Assembly (NCBI GenBank): GCA_964016885.1
Contig: OZ024741.1
Location: 355,074,001 to 355,138,000 of the forward strand
Length of the DNA: 64,000 bases
Source of the DNA: Eledone cirrhosa
Taxonomy: Eukaryota
Reading direction: 5' to 3'
Below the pieces are notes generated by a model that did no database searches, was not told the DNA's origin, and worked only from the letters and a program-made list of their open reading frames with translations. The position numbers were made by a program, and so were the translations under genes. Below are positions 11,241 to 25,192 of this stretch, piece after piece. The number at the start of each line of letters is the position of its first letter. The stretch's first letter is position 1.

Positions 11241-12520
11241 ATATCCTTTTTTTAAATTTCCTCACAGCATGTACCTATAGTAATCCAGGCAGTGCACCTC
11301 ATCCTCATCCTCATCATGAACATTATCCACTACCTCCTCTTCTTCCTTCTCCTCCCCCCTCCTCCTCTTCCTTCTGCTTTCTTCTCATCCTCCTCCTGAG
11401 ATGGCTATTGGAGACAGAATCCTCAAATACACCTTCCAGAGGGTCCTATCAGAACCTACCATCTTTAAATAATCCAGCTGGATCCCTAAGTGAGCTTATG
11501 GAATTTATCCAACCATCTTGCTCATGGTCTACATCTGGGTTTCCTGTCGGTTGACTTCATCTGTAAAATCAGGCAGTGCACCAACTAAGGAAATCAAACC
11601 ATTTAAGAAAAAAAATCATGTCTTAACCTATTTGATACCAAACTGTTTGAAACTGCCCTTGGTTCAATGATTCTGAGCTGTTTATTTTAACATGTTTATA
11701 GTTATCAAAAAACATTCCATCATAATTGATGGTGCATGGCTTAGAAGTTAGTGTGGTTGACTCATGATTGTAAGGCTGTGAATTTGATTCCTGAATTGAA
11801 CAGCACATTGTGACTTTGAGCAAGACACTATATTTTACTTTGATCTGTTCCATTCTGCTGGAAAAAAAACCAGTTGTAATGTTACTAGTGTCAAACTGTA
11901 TCCACTTTTTCCTCTCTCTTTTCAACATTTGTGCTAGGGGGGAGTGGAGATATGCATGCATGGGTGACAGCTGGTCTTCCACAAAGCACCTTGCCCAGGC
12001 TTCAAGAGGAACTTTCCTGGTGCAAATACATGGTCTATGAAAGTGTACTTTCCTCCTCCTCCTCCTCCATGTCGTGGGGGCAGAGTCCTCAAACCCTCCT
12101 TCCAGCAAATCCTGTCGGAAGCAACCATCTGCAAACTGATCCAGCTGGAACCCCAAGCGAGACCAGCCAAACTCATGGATGTTATCCAACCATTTTGCTT
12201 GGAGTCTGCCTATGAGTTTCCTGCCAGTTGGTTTTGCCCACAAAATCTCTCCATTGATTCTTTCCTCTATAAGAAAACTTTTTTCCATTTCTTTCTCTCC
12301 TTACTCTCATCTACCTTTCTATTTCTTCTGTCTCTCACTTTATCTTCTGATCAACGACTAATGTCTGAAACATTCTCTATCATTCTCCTCTGTTGTTTTT
12401 CCTCAGACTTTTTGCATCTATACATACATATAAACATACATATATACCATATATATATATATATATATATATACACAAATTTTATATATTTGTATTTATT
12501 TACCCTTAATAATGCTCCAC
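11241..12520 (+). other. U12-type (minor spliceosome) AT-AC intron
   Basis: 5' end ATATCCTTT, branch-site-like CCCTTAAT at 12503-12510, terminal AC at 12519-12520; splicing restores ...EIEK-YKSNL... in frame. Confidence 0.92.
12045..12265 (-). mobile_element. RTE-like LINE 3' fragment
   Basis: KPTGRKLIGRLQAKWLDNI...DR..W motif. Confidence 0.6.
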
Positions 12521-12614
12521 ATATAAGTCCAATTTAAGAAAATATTTCAAGAGTCTGGGGAAAGTTGTGGTTTTCTTTGAACGAAATTACAAGACATCAC
12601 ATCTTCAGATACAG
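12521..12614 (+). CDS. CWF19L1: CWF19L1 exon ([31 protein letters not shown])
   Basis: FERNYK.HLQ.Q signature; AC acceptor, gtgaga donor. Confidence 0.94.
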
Positions 12615-13390
12615 GTGAGAAAAATTTCCACATATCATCATCATCATGATGACCACTTGCTTACATGGGTCAGACAGGTTGTCATGTTCTGAGGCTTGAT
12701 AAGTTGTCAGTATTGCCAAATTGATAGGTAAATGCTCTAAATTTAGGTCAAAGTCATACTAAAAAGTGACAATATTTTGTTCAAATGCACCCAAAAAATA
12801 AGCTTAAGATAAAAATATGAAATATTAGGTAAGCATTTGTTATGAGGCAAATATAGCTGGTAAAACATTCAAATAGATTTTTAAAAACATAAAGATCATG
12901 ACATACCATATTTTTAATCAAAATCAAAGAATTCTAAATTAAAGCTCTCTTCTAAAACATGGAACCTGTTCTCAACATTTTCTTCTGGAGTCCAGTTATA
13001 GGTATTTAGTGTTCCTGTTTTCTGTAAGATATTCTTTGGTAATTTTTTACTGAAGCAGCATTTATCATTATACTTTAAACAATATTTTACAGATAAAATT
13101 TCTCTTAGTCTTTAACGTCTTACTATTGTGTAATTTGGAATAAACAATATTCATGACACTAAAAATTCTTTTTAGATTAGCATGTGAATGTGGCAAAATA
13201 AGTAGTTTTAATGCTAAATCAGAAAGTTTTTTGAAAACATTTTCTCTGACAGAATCTCTATACAAAAAAAAAAACTCTGGCCAGAATGAAATTATATTTG
13301 AAACTTCAACCCGGGGTACATTCTGTAGCTGCTTCCATTGGAAGGTTATTTTAGTTATAGTTGCATCATTTTCATAAAAATGTTGTTTAA

Positions 13391-14041
13391 TCTATATATA
13401 AATTTGAACGACTTTCGTCTGTTCGTTCTTCCGTCACACGCTAGGGATCATTGAGGAAAGAAGGGGTGATGACATCACAGACTAGAAATGATTGAGGAAG
13501 GAAGGGGTGATGACATCATTCACTAGAGATAACTGAGGAAGGAAGGGGGTGATGACGTCATGCACTAGAGATGATTGAGGAAGAAAGGGATGATGACATC
13601 ACACCACACTAGAGATGATTGAGGAAGGAAGGGGTGATGACGTCAATCACTAGAGATGATTGAGGAAGGAAGGGGTGATGACGTCACACACTAGAGATGA
13701 TTGCGGAAGGAAGGGGTGATGACGTCACACACTAGAGATGATTGCGGAAGGAAGGGGTGATGACGTCACACACTAGAGATGATTGCGGAAGGAAGGGGTG
13801 ATGACGTCACACACTAGAGATGATTGCGGAAGGAAGGGGTGATGACGTCACACTAGAGATGACTGAGGAAGGAAGGGGTGATGACGTCACACACTAGAGA
13901 TGACCGAGGAAGAAAGGGTGATGACGTCACAAACTACAGAAAACAGGGTCTAACATTCACTACACTTGTGTGAACAATCTACATACATGCATACACATAC
14001 GCATATACACATATGCATCAGCATGTTGAAACAAATTCTAG
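13391..14041 (+). mobile_element. Non-autonomous Helitron-like element carrying a ~39-41 bp minisatellite
   Basis: Starts TC, ends CTAG, sits between host A and T with no TSD; removing it rejoins the transposase frame (KPAILD-IKQHFYEN). Confidence 0.75.
13441..13937. repeat. Minisatellite CACTAGAGATGATTGCGGAAGGAAGGGGTGATGACGTCACA, ~12 units
   Basis: Direct inspection. Confidence 0.95.
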
Positions 14042-14457
14042 TGTCTAGAATTGCAGGTTTAATAGGTTTAAGAGGCATTAAGACATACCAAAATGTTTAA
14101 TGAATTCTAAAATTTGAAATTATCTGGTAGTTGCTTTTTAATTAATTTTCCAAGCCCTATGACACATTTAATGCATCTTTTGCTCATTTTATTTTCTGCT
14201 TGTTCAGGAAATTTATATTAGGAGAAGTCATTTTCAAACTGAAAACCAAGGTAGTATTTTCAGCTTACAAAATCTAGAAGACATTCATCTTGCTTTAAAT
14301 GTTTCCTGATTTAAGAATAGTTGAACTAAAAGTGACTTTATATTGAAGATCATTCAATAACTTTGTTGGATTTTGTATTTGAGCCTCAAAAGCTTTGCTA
14401 ACTCTTTGCACTTGAGAAAGTTATTGTTTAAAAAAAGACATGAAAATAAAAAAAAGG

Positions 14458-14931
14458 TCTGTCTTGTGTTGTTATGTCTGTTGATCTGTTGATTATCTGA
14501 CCCTGTGTTGTTATGTCTGTTCATCTGTTGATTATCTGTTTTATGTTGTTATGTCTGTTGATCTGTTGATTATGTTTTGTGTTGTTATGTCTGTTGATTA
14601 TCTGTTTTGTGTTATGTCTGTTGATCTATTGATTATCTGTCTTGTGTTGTTATGTCTGTTGATCTATTGATTATCTGTCTTGTGTTGTTATTTCTGTTCA
14701 TCTGTTGATTATCTGTTTTGTGTTGTTATGTCTGTTGATCTGTTGATTATGTTTTGTGTTGTTATGTCTGTTGATCTGTTGATTATGTTTTATGTTGTTA
14801 TGTCTGTTGATCTGTTGATTATCTGTTTTGTGTTATGTCTGTTGATCTATTGATTATCTGTCTTGTGTTGTTATGTCTGTTGATCTATTGATTATCTGTC
14901 CTGTGTTGTTATAACTGTTTATCTGTTGATT
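14458..14931. repeat. ~38 bp minisatellite (TGTGTTGTTATGTCTGTTGATCTGTTGATTATCTGTCT)
   Basis: Direct inspection; continues degenerately after the SINE to ~15190. Confidence 0.9.
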
Positions 14932-15224
14932 AGAGGGTCGGACGCCATGCTTTACAGCACAGAGTTACGGCCCTTTGTGGTCTGAGTTCAAATCCCTCTG
15001 AGGTTAACTTTGCCTTTTATCCTTGTGAGGTCGATAAAATAAAGTACCAGTAATACACTGGGTGATTGCTGGCCTTGTGCCTAAAGTAGAAAAAATTATC
15101 TGTCCTGTGTTGTAATGTCTGTTGATTATATGTCCTGCATTGTTTTGTCTATCAATTATCTGTCTCTAGTTGTTATTGATTATCTGTCTATTTATTTCTA
15201 CTGTTCTGTTTGTTCTTTCTGTAG

Positions 15225-15338
15225 GCCATTCCTGTACCTGCCACTCTTTCATGTAATATTAGTGATGTTTTTACACAATTTGCAGAGGAGGAATCAATTG
15301 ATTTGAATGAAATACCAAAACACTCTGATTTAAAACAG
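15225..15338 (+). CDS. CWF19L1: CWF19L1 exon (AIPVPATLSCNISDVFTQFAEEESIDLNEIPKHSDLKQ)
   Basis: ctgtag/gtaaat sites; 38 codons; IPVP...EIP.HSD.KQ. Confidence 0.93.
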
Positions 15339-16049
15339 GTAAATATTGAAATATCTAGAGGTGATAGGTTTGTTAACATACAGCCTATTGGAATAATTAT
15401 GTATGTAAGGACTCTTAACTCCAGATGGAGCCCATCCTTTTTCAAGTCTAAACGCAACCAATTGCTTCCAGAGAAGGAGAGAGAGAGTAATAGAGAATAA
15501 TTGAGAAAGAGATATAGAGGAAGAATTAACCCCAGCACTGAACTGATACTGTTTTTATCAACTTCAAAAGGATGAAAGACAAAGTTGACTTCAGCAGGAT
15601 TTAAACTCAGAGAGTGCAGAGAACTGGAACAAATTGCACAAAGCATTCTGATACCGTACCAAGTCATCACCTATATTGGGATAATTACAAAATCATTTAA
15701 AAAGTGCAATGTTGCATGGTTGTGAATGGACAGTGAATGCAGAGGATATGCAAAAGCTAGAGAGAAACAAATTGATCATACTTCAATGAAAGATATAGCA
15801 TGGATGAGCAGAGAAAAAATTTAGGCATAAGAGGAATCAAATGTTGCCTGCTGGAGAGAAGACTGCACTAGTATGGTTATGTGATATGCATGGATGATGA
15901 TCGTTGAGTGAAGACATGTCCAGAGATCCCAGTGGAAGGAAGCTACAGTAGAGGAAGACCAAAGAAAACATGGAAAAGCAGATATAAAAATATTGATGAT
16001 CATCTCTTCATGAACTTGTATATTTATGGTAACTAATTCCTTTTTGCAG

Positions 16050-16147
16050 ATTGTTAAGGTCGAGGCACCATATTTCTATGCAGAAGTACCAACAGGAGAG
16101 AAATATCTCTGCAGAATATCAAAAGGTTTTCCATTACAGTTTGGCAG
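16050..16147 (+). CDS. CWF19L1: CWF19L1 exon ([33 protein letters not shown])
   Basis: ttgcag/gtaatt sites; YFY.E..TGEK...FPLQFGR signature. Confidence 0.95.
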
Positions 16148-17455
16148 GTAATTAAGTGGAAGTTATTAATTCATATATATAATAAATTGGAGTGTATAAG
16201 TTGACCTAGCATACAAGTCGATTTTAAGATTTTTAGTTCAAAATTCTGTTAGCTCTATACCTACTGTATTGGTAGACCATACAAACATACATTAGGTTGT
16301 ACAGTGGCTGATTATATTGGTGATTGTCTTTGAGATATTCTAACTGATTATTATAAAGTAAAACTTGGTTGTAGACCTACAAAATACCTAAGTAAACCTT
16401 ACTCATAGCATTGTCTTGACTAATGACTGTAATATACATACTGCATATTATAGCTAGTAAAACACCTACAGAAACCAAAACCTTCTGCTCCTATCTGCCA
16501 TTTGCATCAGTGATGTAAACAAACAGTTAGAGATGCTACCAACTACATGCAGCCCACTGCAAAATATGTCTACCATGCAGCCATAAAGATTCGCACCACA
16601 TCCTAACCTAATAAATCAACCCTTGGTTTGGGAGTAATTTTTAGGGCAGTTTAAGAAGTTGATTTATATGTCACAATTAATGTTAAACATAGCATGACCA
16701 AGTGAGTTAAAACAAGAAACAGGTCTAGGAATTATATCTGTGTTAAAGCGATGGCCTATTTCAGTGGTTGTTGTGCATCGAACATAACCAAATGGTTAAA
16801 AGTTCATTTTGTCAGTTTTGATTCACTTCATGGCATTTTGGGTACATATCATTTACCAGTCTTGGTTCAATCAAAGCTTTTGAGTGAAATTGGATAGACA
16901 GAAACTAATTTTGTCAGATGGATTGTATTTATAATTTATAGGGCTAGCTTTGCCATGCTAAATTTCCTTGAGAATTTACATTAAGGGTGTGCATATCTGT
17001 GGTATTCTCAACCACTTGCACTATTATACAAGATGGACTGTACTTGTAATTCATGCTGATTATTCCTAAGAATTATGTTAAAGGTATTTGTGGAATTCTC
17101 AGCCACTTATACGTTTATTTAACAAGCAGGTTGTTCCATTTGGTTGAATAATTGGAACATTCAATGTCAGAATCATTTCTACCATTTAACTCTTTTATTA
17201 CCATATTTTTAATGAAACACACTATTTTCATAATTATTTGAAAATCATAAGTAATCAAGAATTTGGAGGGATTTAATGATATAGCTAACATTCATATTAT
17301 TAAGTTGGTGTTTAGAAAATAACTTAACAAAGATTCTTAGATAAAATTATGATGGAAGGTTTTTATAAATAGTTTTGTATTGTAGAACCAGAAGTGATTT
17401 GATATGAAAGGGTAAATTAACATGTTCCAATATGAAGATTTTGGTTTATTTTCAG

Positions 17456-17600
17456 AGATATCCTGGCTTCTCCAATGCTACTTAATATGCCTGAACGTAT
17501 CGACTGGAAGAATTGTAAAGAAAGCCAAGAAGATGAAAAACAAATGACTCAAGAATTTAAGAAAAATTTCAAACACTTCGATTTTAATTTTAGCTCTTAG
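17456..17600 (+). CDS. CWF19L1: CWF19L1 last coding exon (DILASPMLLNMPERIDWKNCKESQEDEKQMTQEFKKNFKHFDFNFSS*)
   Basis: ttcag acceptor; LAS...LN.P...DW..C...F...F..FDF C-terminus; TAG at 17598-17600. Confidence 0.95.
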
Positions 17601-17622
17601 CACTATTTTTTTTAATGGCTCA

Positions 17623-17628
17623 AATAAA
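17623..17628 (+). promoter_or_regulatory. candidate polyadenylation signal of CWF19L1
   Basis: AATAAA 22 nt after the stop codon; AT-rich context makes a chance match possible. Confidence 0.4.
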
Positions 17629-18679
17629 TTGATTTCAGTATAACTTATTGATCTGTCCATGTATAAGCATGGCCTTGTGGTTAGAATGTTTGACTTACAG
17701 TCATAAAGTTGTGGATTTGATTCCTAGATAGAGTGGCATGTTGCATTCTTGAGCAAGATACTTCATTTCATGTTGCTTTTCATGTTAGGACTGAGAATCC
17801 TATCATTAAAATAGCCAAGAAACCTATTATGAGATACAACCTTGTAAGAGGCCAGCTAAATCTACATCAGTGTGAGCTGTAACAACAACAAAGAACAAAT
17901 TTGATCTGCTTTAGGATAGAAAATGGCCTTAAATGCTTGTTAAGGAAATAGATGCTTGGTTGGTACACACATACACACACAAAACTATTATATTCTTTTA
18001 CTGAATTCAGCTATGCAGTTTCAGGGTTCAATCACATAATGTGGCATCTTGGGCAAGCCTCATGTTAACCAATGCCTTGATAGTGAAATTTGATAGATGA
18101 AAACTGTCGTCACCTTGGGACTGCACCTGTCTACCATTCTAACCATCCATGATCACCAGGAGATCAATTACAGACCTTGAATTACTGGACTTTTTAAACT
18201 GCTCATCTCTGCACTAATCTTCCCTCAAACTTCCTTCTATATTCACCTTCTTATACATTTATATATATATATATATATATATGTAAAGTTATGTTGGTGC
18301 CACAAAATCCAGGCCGAAACAAATGAGATTGTGTAGGTGTCACGACAAAAAAAACACACAGTCCACGCTGTAATGTGACCGTGTAGGCAACACAGTAAAA
18401 ACCTCCCAGTCCCACACTGTAAATGTGGTTGGTGTTAGGAAGGGCATCCAGCTGTAGAAAACCCGCCAGACAGTCCATGCTGTAATGTGGCCGTGTAGGC
18501 AACACGGTAAAAACCTCCCAGCCCCACACTGTAAATGTGGTTGGTGTTAGGAAGGGCATCCAACTGTAGAAAACCCACCAGACAGTCCTATGCGAGCAAG
18601 ACAACCACTCTTGCCTCAAGTGGGAAAACTCCCGTCCAAACCCATGCAAGCATGGAACATGGACGTTAAACGATGATGA

Positions 18680-18744
<65 letters not shown>

Positions 18745-19247
18745 AATGCTGAAATGGCTAAAAGCTCTCAGTCTACCCTGTAAGATGGTCATATTGGTGA
18801 CACAACAAAAACCCCTTGTCCACCATGTGTGTGACATGACAAATGAACACCTAGTCCACCTTGTAAGGTGGTTGTGCTGATGACATGATTAAAAAGTACC
18901 CAATCCACCCTGTAAAGTGGTCATATTGGCGGCACGAGAAAAAGCACCCAGTCAACTCTGTAATGGTGGCACTGTTGGTGACACGATAAAAAGAACCCAG
19001 TCCAACCTGTCTGTTGGTTATTTTGGTGCCATAATAAAAAGCACCCAGTTCATGCTGTAAATGTGGTTGGTGTTAGGAAGGGCATCCAGCTGTAGAAACC
19101 AAGCCAGAAACAGTTCTGTATGAACAAGACACAGTCACCTGACTGATTTGTGTCTCAATGTCAGGACAACTTGTTTAAATCATGTTAGCATGGAAACTGG
19201 ATGTTAAATGATGATATATATATATATGTATGTATATATACATATAC

Positions 19248-20060
19248 ATGGCTTAGAAACAAAGGACCTTAAAGTCAACCTGACAAAGACTAAGGTCCCA
19301 GTAGGTAGGAGGGAAAACAAAGCCATAATCCCCTTGGGGAAATGGCCTTGCTTAGGTAGAAATTCCATCCACTGTCCCAAATGCAAACTATAGGTACACA
19401 AGAGATGTGGGATCTCAAGTAGTTTAGCTAAGAACGTAGGTTTTACATGTAGCTGTTGCACTGGAGTAGTAAGTAGCAAACAACCACAGGGAACAAGCAT
19501 TACTAAATTCTGGGAAGGTTCAGTAGACAGCTTCTGCTACCTAGGTGACCAAATTACCAACATAGGTGGGTGTTCTGAAAGCACAGTAGTCAGAGTGAGG
19601 ATGGGATGGAAGAATTTCTGGGAGCTACTACGACTGCTAGCTACAAAAGGCTTTTCCCAAAAATTGAAAGGCAGATTGTATGACGTATACGAACAACAAT
19701 GTTGCATTGTAGTGAGTCCTGGGCGCTGTGTGCAGAGGACTTACTAAGATTGGAAAGAAATGAAGCTTGCAAGCTTCAATGGATGTGTAATAGTAATATA
19801 CGTGAACGCTAAGGCATAAATGAACTGAGAGAGAAACTAGGCATACAAGGAATCAGATGCAGTGTGCAGGAGAGAAGATTGCATTGGTATGGACATGTGA
19901 TGCATATGAAGGATGACAGCTGTATAAAAAGGTGCTGAAAGTTGATGGAAGCCTTGGAGTGGGGAGACCTGGGATGAGGTGATAAAAGCTGATAAAAGCT
20001 GATCTTGCACAATTACACCTCTCAAAGGAGATGACACAGGACCGGGATCTCTGGCATTAT
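19248..20060 (+). mobile_element. Decayed RTE LINE 3' fragment
   Basis: GLETKDLKVNLTKTKV, GKWPC, LRWYGHV-like remnants. Confidence 0.85.
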
Positions 20061-22329
20061 TCAGTAATGCAGATCTGCCACATATTTTACTGTGCATCTG
20101 GCATCACCCATACACCAATTTGTTTTCACTTTATAATTGATCGTTGCTGTTTTTATATCAAAGGAGGGCATAAAAATGTTTGAGATGTTGAGGTGGGGCA
20201 TGGGGCACAAAAGATTGGGAATCACTGATCTAGTGCCTTAAAGAACACTTTAGCCCCATTGAGTATGGTAGATTAAACAATGTAGTATTACACAATCTCT
20301 TTATTGTTTTGTTTGTTCCTGTTTAAGTTCTGGGAAATTTTGCTGGATTTATGTGTGTGTGTATATATGTATTTAAATAGATCAATCAAATAAGTACTGG
20401 GGCCAATATGGTTGACCCTAGTACTTCTTTTCATGGTGCCCCAGCATGGCCACAGTCTCATGAATGAAACCAATAAAAGAATAAATGAATATAACCCATT
20501 TATGCTACCATAGATAAATAGGTGTAGATAATAATAATTGATTTAAGAATAAAATAAACCTTTTAAATCAAGAAAATATATTAAATATTTATTCAATATT
20601 TTTATTTGGCTTTATAAAACTTTTTGAAAACAAAAAGCAAGTTTTAAAAATTTAACAAAGAAAAAAAAACAGACAAATATGGCATTTTCCAAGCTCTGGA
20701 AATATATATATATAAAAACAATTTAAAATTTGTTTTAAAAAATAGTACTTCCCACACAATTCAAATGGTAGTAATTTCATTTTTAACAGAGTTTATTTTT
20801 AATATATCAGTGAAACATTTCCATAGCAACATACTGGTCACTGGGAAATGTCAAACCAGTTTTGAAAATTTGTGCTGTTTACTTTACCATTTTATACATT
20901 TTTTTTTATTTCCTCTTCAACCCTTTTCTTATATTTCTAACAAGATTGTATTGCCTCTGGTTATCAAAGTAATCAAGAGTTAGGAAAGGTTTGCTGTAAT
21001 AATTAACTTCCAACTTAATATTGGCTTCTAATTTAAGCACAAGACCAGCAAATTTTAAAGTAGAAGTCAAATTGATACCAGTACTTGACTGGAACTTTAT
21101 TGACCCCAGAAGGATAAAAGACAAATTTGAACTCAGAATGTAAAGAGCCAGAACAAATGCCACAAAGCATTTTATCTGATGCTCATATGATTCTGTTAAT
21201 TCACTGCCCTAACTTTCAACTTAATAATTGTTTCTACTTTTGGCACAATGCCAGCAATTATCCCAGTGTCTTAATAATAAAAGAAATTTAACTGAAATTT
21301 AATATGTCATGTAATAATTGTTTCTACTTAAGGCACAAGGCCAACAATTACCCAGTGCATTACTGGTACTTTATTTTATCGACTCCGTAAGGATGAAAGG
21401 CAAAGTTAACCTCAGCGGGATTTGAACTCAGACCGTAAAGGGATGAAACTACGCTGGAAAGCATGGCGTCCGACCCTCTACCGATACTGCCAATCCAAAT
21501 TCAGTTCAAGATTTGAATTCAAACACTTTAATAGAGGCACTTTTGGACAGATTAATGTTTAACCATTTTGAAAGCAAATCACCTGAAACTGCCCCTGATT
21601 CTACATCGCAAAGCAGTTTGTTTTAAAGTATTTATCTAAAACCTATGTCAAGTAATGTTCCGATTTGCTGCCTTAATGATGGTGAACATGTTGAAAATTA
21701 ATAACCTTAAGAACAAATCTATTATTTTAAAAACATTCCCAAGCATACATATACAAATGTAACTCAAACGTAACCCCAGTTGAAGACACACATGTATTGA
21801 TAAACATATTAAAAGAAACAAGCAAATATACACTAGCACACAAACCTAGACAAACAAGCACACACAGAAATGTACACAAAATACAGGGCACAAACTAGCA
21901 AACCAGTTTGCTTTGTAGCCACACAGTTCCTGGTTTCATCCCATGGTGCTTAACCCTGTCTTCTATACTGTAGCCTTAGGTTTACCAATGCCTTGAAAGC
22001 AGAATTTTGTAGAGGGAAACTGCAAAAGCTCATCTCATTATATATATAATTGTTGGATCTACATCATTTCCAACCAGTACTCCACTTGATTCAATCAACG
22101 GAACTGCCTGCTCATGAATTTCCTGTGTAAGAGGCTGAGCATTCCACTGACATATGCACACTTAATGTAGTTCACAGGGAAATTCAGTGTGATACAGTGT
22201 ACGGCAAGGTTGGCCACTTGAATTCTATATATAACTCATATTTGCCAGCTGAGTGGACTGGAGTAACGTGAAATAAAAGATACTGCATGTCACCCTGTCC
22301 AAGAATCAAACTCATGATATCATCATCAT

Positions 22330-22529
22330 CAGGGCCAGATTAAGTTCTTCTGAGGTTCTAAGCAGTTAAAAGATTGTGGTGTGAACCCTCTGCCCACCCA
22401 CCCCATATAATGTCTGCAAAAAAATGCCTTTTGGAATGAGAAATATATTTAATTTGAATAAAATGGTGCCCTTCTTTCCTTGATGCCCTAAATATGTGCA
22501 TATTTTGCTTAATGCTTAATCCAGCTCTG
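22330..22529. mobile_element. hAT-type MITE with an 8 bp TSD
   Basis: TIRs CAGGGCCAGATTAAG / CTTAATCCAGCTCTG; ATCATCAT on both sides. Confidence 0.75.
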
Positions 22530-22682
22530 ATCATCATCGTACATCTGTTTTGTCAGGTTGGCATGGGTTAGAAAGATTGTTACAGACCAAGTCAGTACTT
22601 TATTGGTGAGACTGTCCTACACAGGCTGAGAGAACATATCTTACATACATTCCATTTTGACTGGATGCCCTTCCTAATACCA

Positions 22683-22718
<36 letters not shown>

Positions 22719-25150
22719 TCATCATCATCATTTTACGTCTATTTTTCGGGTGACTGTTTTACACATATGTTCAAATTTGGCATGGTTTCTGCATACACAC
22801 ATATACACATACATGAACAGATGCGCACACACAAATACACAGAAAAAAGACACACACAAGCATACTTATTTAACTCTTGATATTAAACTGCATAAAACAA
22901 GCTATGGTTCTACAATAATGAGCTGTATATTTTAAAACGTTTGTATCTATCTATTAATAAAAACCTTTCATCATAATTTTATGTAAGAACGTTTAAGTTA
23001 TGTTCCAAACACCAGTTCAATAATGAGAAAATTAGTTATATTACCAAATCCCAACCAAATTCTTGATTATTTAAAAATGATAGGGTGGTAAAGAAATGAT
23101 TAAAAGCAATGAATGCTCCAGCAAGGTCACAATCAAATCAAATGACTGAAACCAGTAAAAGGATACACATAGACAAAAATGCACACAGAAATACACACAC
23201 ACATATTCACAAAGAAAAAACACATGCACATATCTATACATACTGAAACACATATTTAAAGTATCATGTTTAGTAAACAGTTATGAGTCCAATTAAACCT
23301 TACAGAGGAATTCAATAGCAATGACATTTGCTTTGTCTAGGGATTTAAACCTTTTTGATACCAACCCCACCTCAAACCACCCCTGGTTCTATCAAACCAA
23401 ACCACGCATTTTAAAGGGATCCTATTTAAATGGAAATCTTCCATCATATTTTGATATAAGAACCTTTTGTTATGTTACATATACCATCTTAGTAATATAA
23501 TAACACTTTTAGTAAATCTCAAATTCTTCATTAATTAATCCAAATATAGTGTATATCATATCAAATATGTTAATAAAAAGGTATTTTTGTTATGGACCCA
23601 TAACTCCTAATGGAGTTGTAGGGGCGCCATAGTCACATACAGTTTGTCATTTTTGTCAGTTTGAGCATTTTAAACCTTGTGGGGCCCATCTCTACTCAAA
23701 TCTGAACACAACTGATTTCTTCTAGAATAGAGAGAGTGAGGAAGAGATATAAAGAAAGACTCAACCCCAGTAATGGACGTTTTAAAATCAAACTTAAAAG
23801 GATGAAAGGCAAAATTGACCTTGGTAGCTTTTGAACTCAGAGAGCCAGAACGAATACAGCAAAGCATTCAATCCTACATTCTAATGATTCTGCAATTTCA
23901 CTGCCTTAGTGAAAGGGTTAAAGGGATTAATAAATAAGAAAAAAAAATATTAGCTCCACCCAAGGGTCTATAGTTATTAATTAATGACCAATTAGTAAAT
24001 CATACAATATCTGAAATGTAAGACCAATAGTTCATATTCTTTCATCGGTGCTTCTCAGTGGACATTATAGGCATGTAGGACTGAGAATTTAGAAGTTTGC
24101 TTCACAATCATGAGGTCCTGGGTTTGATCCCACAGCATGGCATCTCGGGAAAGCATCTTTATTATAGCCTTGGGTTGACTCAAGCCTTATGAATGAAATT
24201 GGAAAGGCAAAATCTGTTGCCATTTTTCCATAAAAAGGAAGCAGAATTTAAACTCAGAATGTATAGAGCTGGAACAGATGCAACAAAGCATCCCATTTCA
24301 TGCTTTAATAATTCTGCCAATTGCTTGTTCCTGCAGGGGTACTTTATTTATCGACCTCGAAAAGGGTGAAAGGCAAAGTTGACTTCAATGAGATTCAATG
24401 CCCTAACCACACGGTCAATTCACTGACTCATCCTCATTGATAAAATACTTATTTCTATATAATTCTGTATTAATATAATTAATTTTAGGGTTACTTTGTA
24501 GCTTTCATTTTCTCCTTGCTTTCCAATCTTGTTAGCATTAAAAAAAGGGTCTGGGTCAGACTAAACATGTTTTAATCTACCCCACCACATTTCACATATT
24601 CAGCCTTATGCATGTTTTATACACACACATACGTATAGTTAAAATATCAGAACATTAGTGAATAAACATGGCCAATATTGAAAAAAATAATTGATGAAAT
24701 AGCTTTGATGAAATGAGCAGGCACAAAAAGAAAATGAAAAAAAAGTTAATGAATTTGTATAAGAACTTCATAGCAAACTGGTTTGTATGTTAGTTAAGTT
24801 AAACTGGAAGAACTAGTCAATTGAGGGAGTGGGGTTAAGCAATTGCAGCATTCTATAAATAGTATTATTTATAGAGGTTTAAGAGAGAAAAGGGGGAAAG
24901 TTTTTTTTTGTTTGTTTGTAATTTTTAGACAAAATATCGAGTTTCTTGTTTATTTTTCACAGCAATTAAGATTTTCTTCAACTAGAGAGATTTTCTATAT
25001 CACTTTTAAGAAATTTGATTATTTATGGAAGATTTTTGCCTTTAAGTTATCACAAGTAAACACACACACATATATATATATATGTATATGTGTATGTATA
25101 TATATATAGAAGAAGAAATTAAAAGATGGTTAAAAAAGTTCCATATATAC

Positions 25151-25192
<42 letters not shown>

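Larger units (their letters stand above)
12960..14440 (-). pseudogene. Decayed hAT-like transposase C-terminal region, split by the Helitron-like insert
   Basis: FKKLSDLALKLLILPHSHANLKRIFSVMNIV resembles the hAT dimerisation motif LPxSxAxxERxFS. Confidence 0.7.

Noticed and set aside
11039-11554. 171 aa + ORF
   Set aside because: Out-of-frame overlap of a CWF19L1 exon plus low-complexity sequence
13441-13937. CRISPR-like look of the regular repeats (also 60070-61104 and 14458-14931)
   Set aside because: Contiguous tandem units without unique spacers, no cas genes, eukaryotic context
141-17455. Intronic snoRNA (human CWF19L1 hosts SNORA12)
   Set aside because: No convincing H/ACA or C/D structure by eye; needs an Infernal/snoReport search
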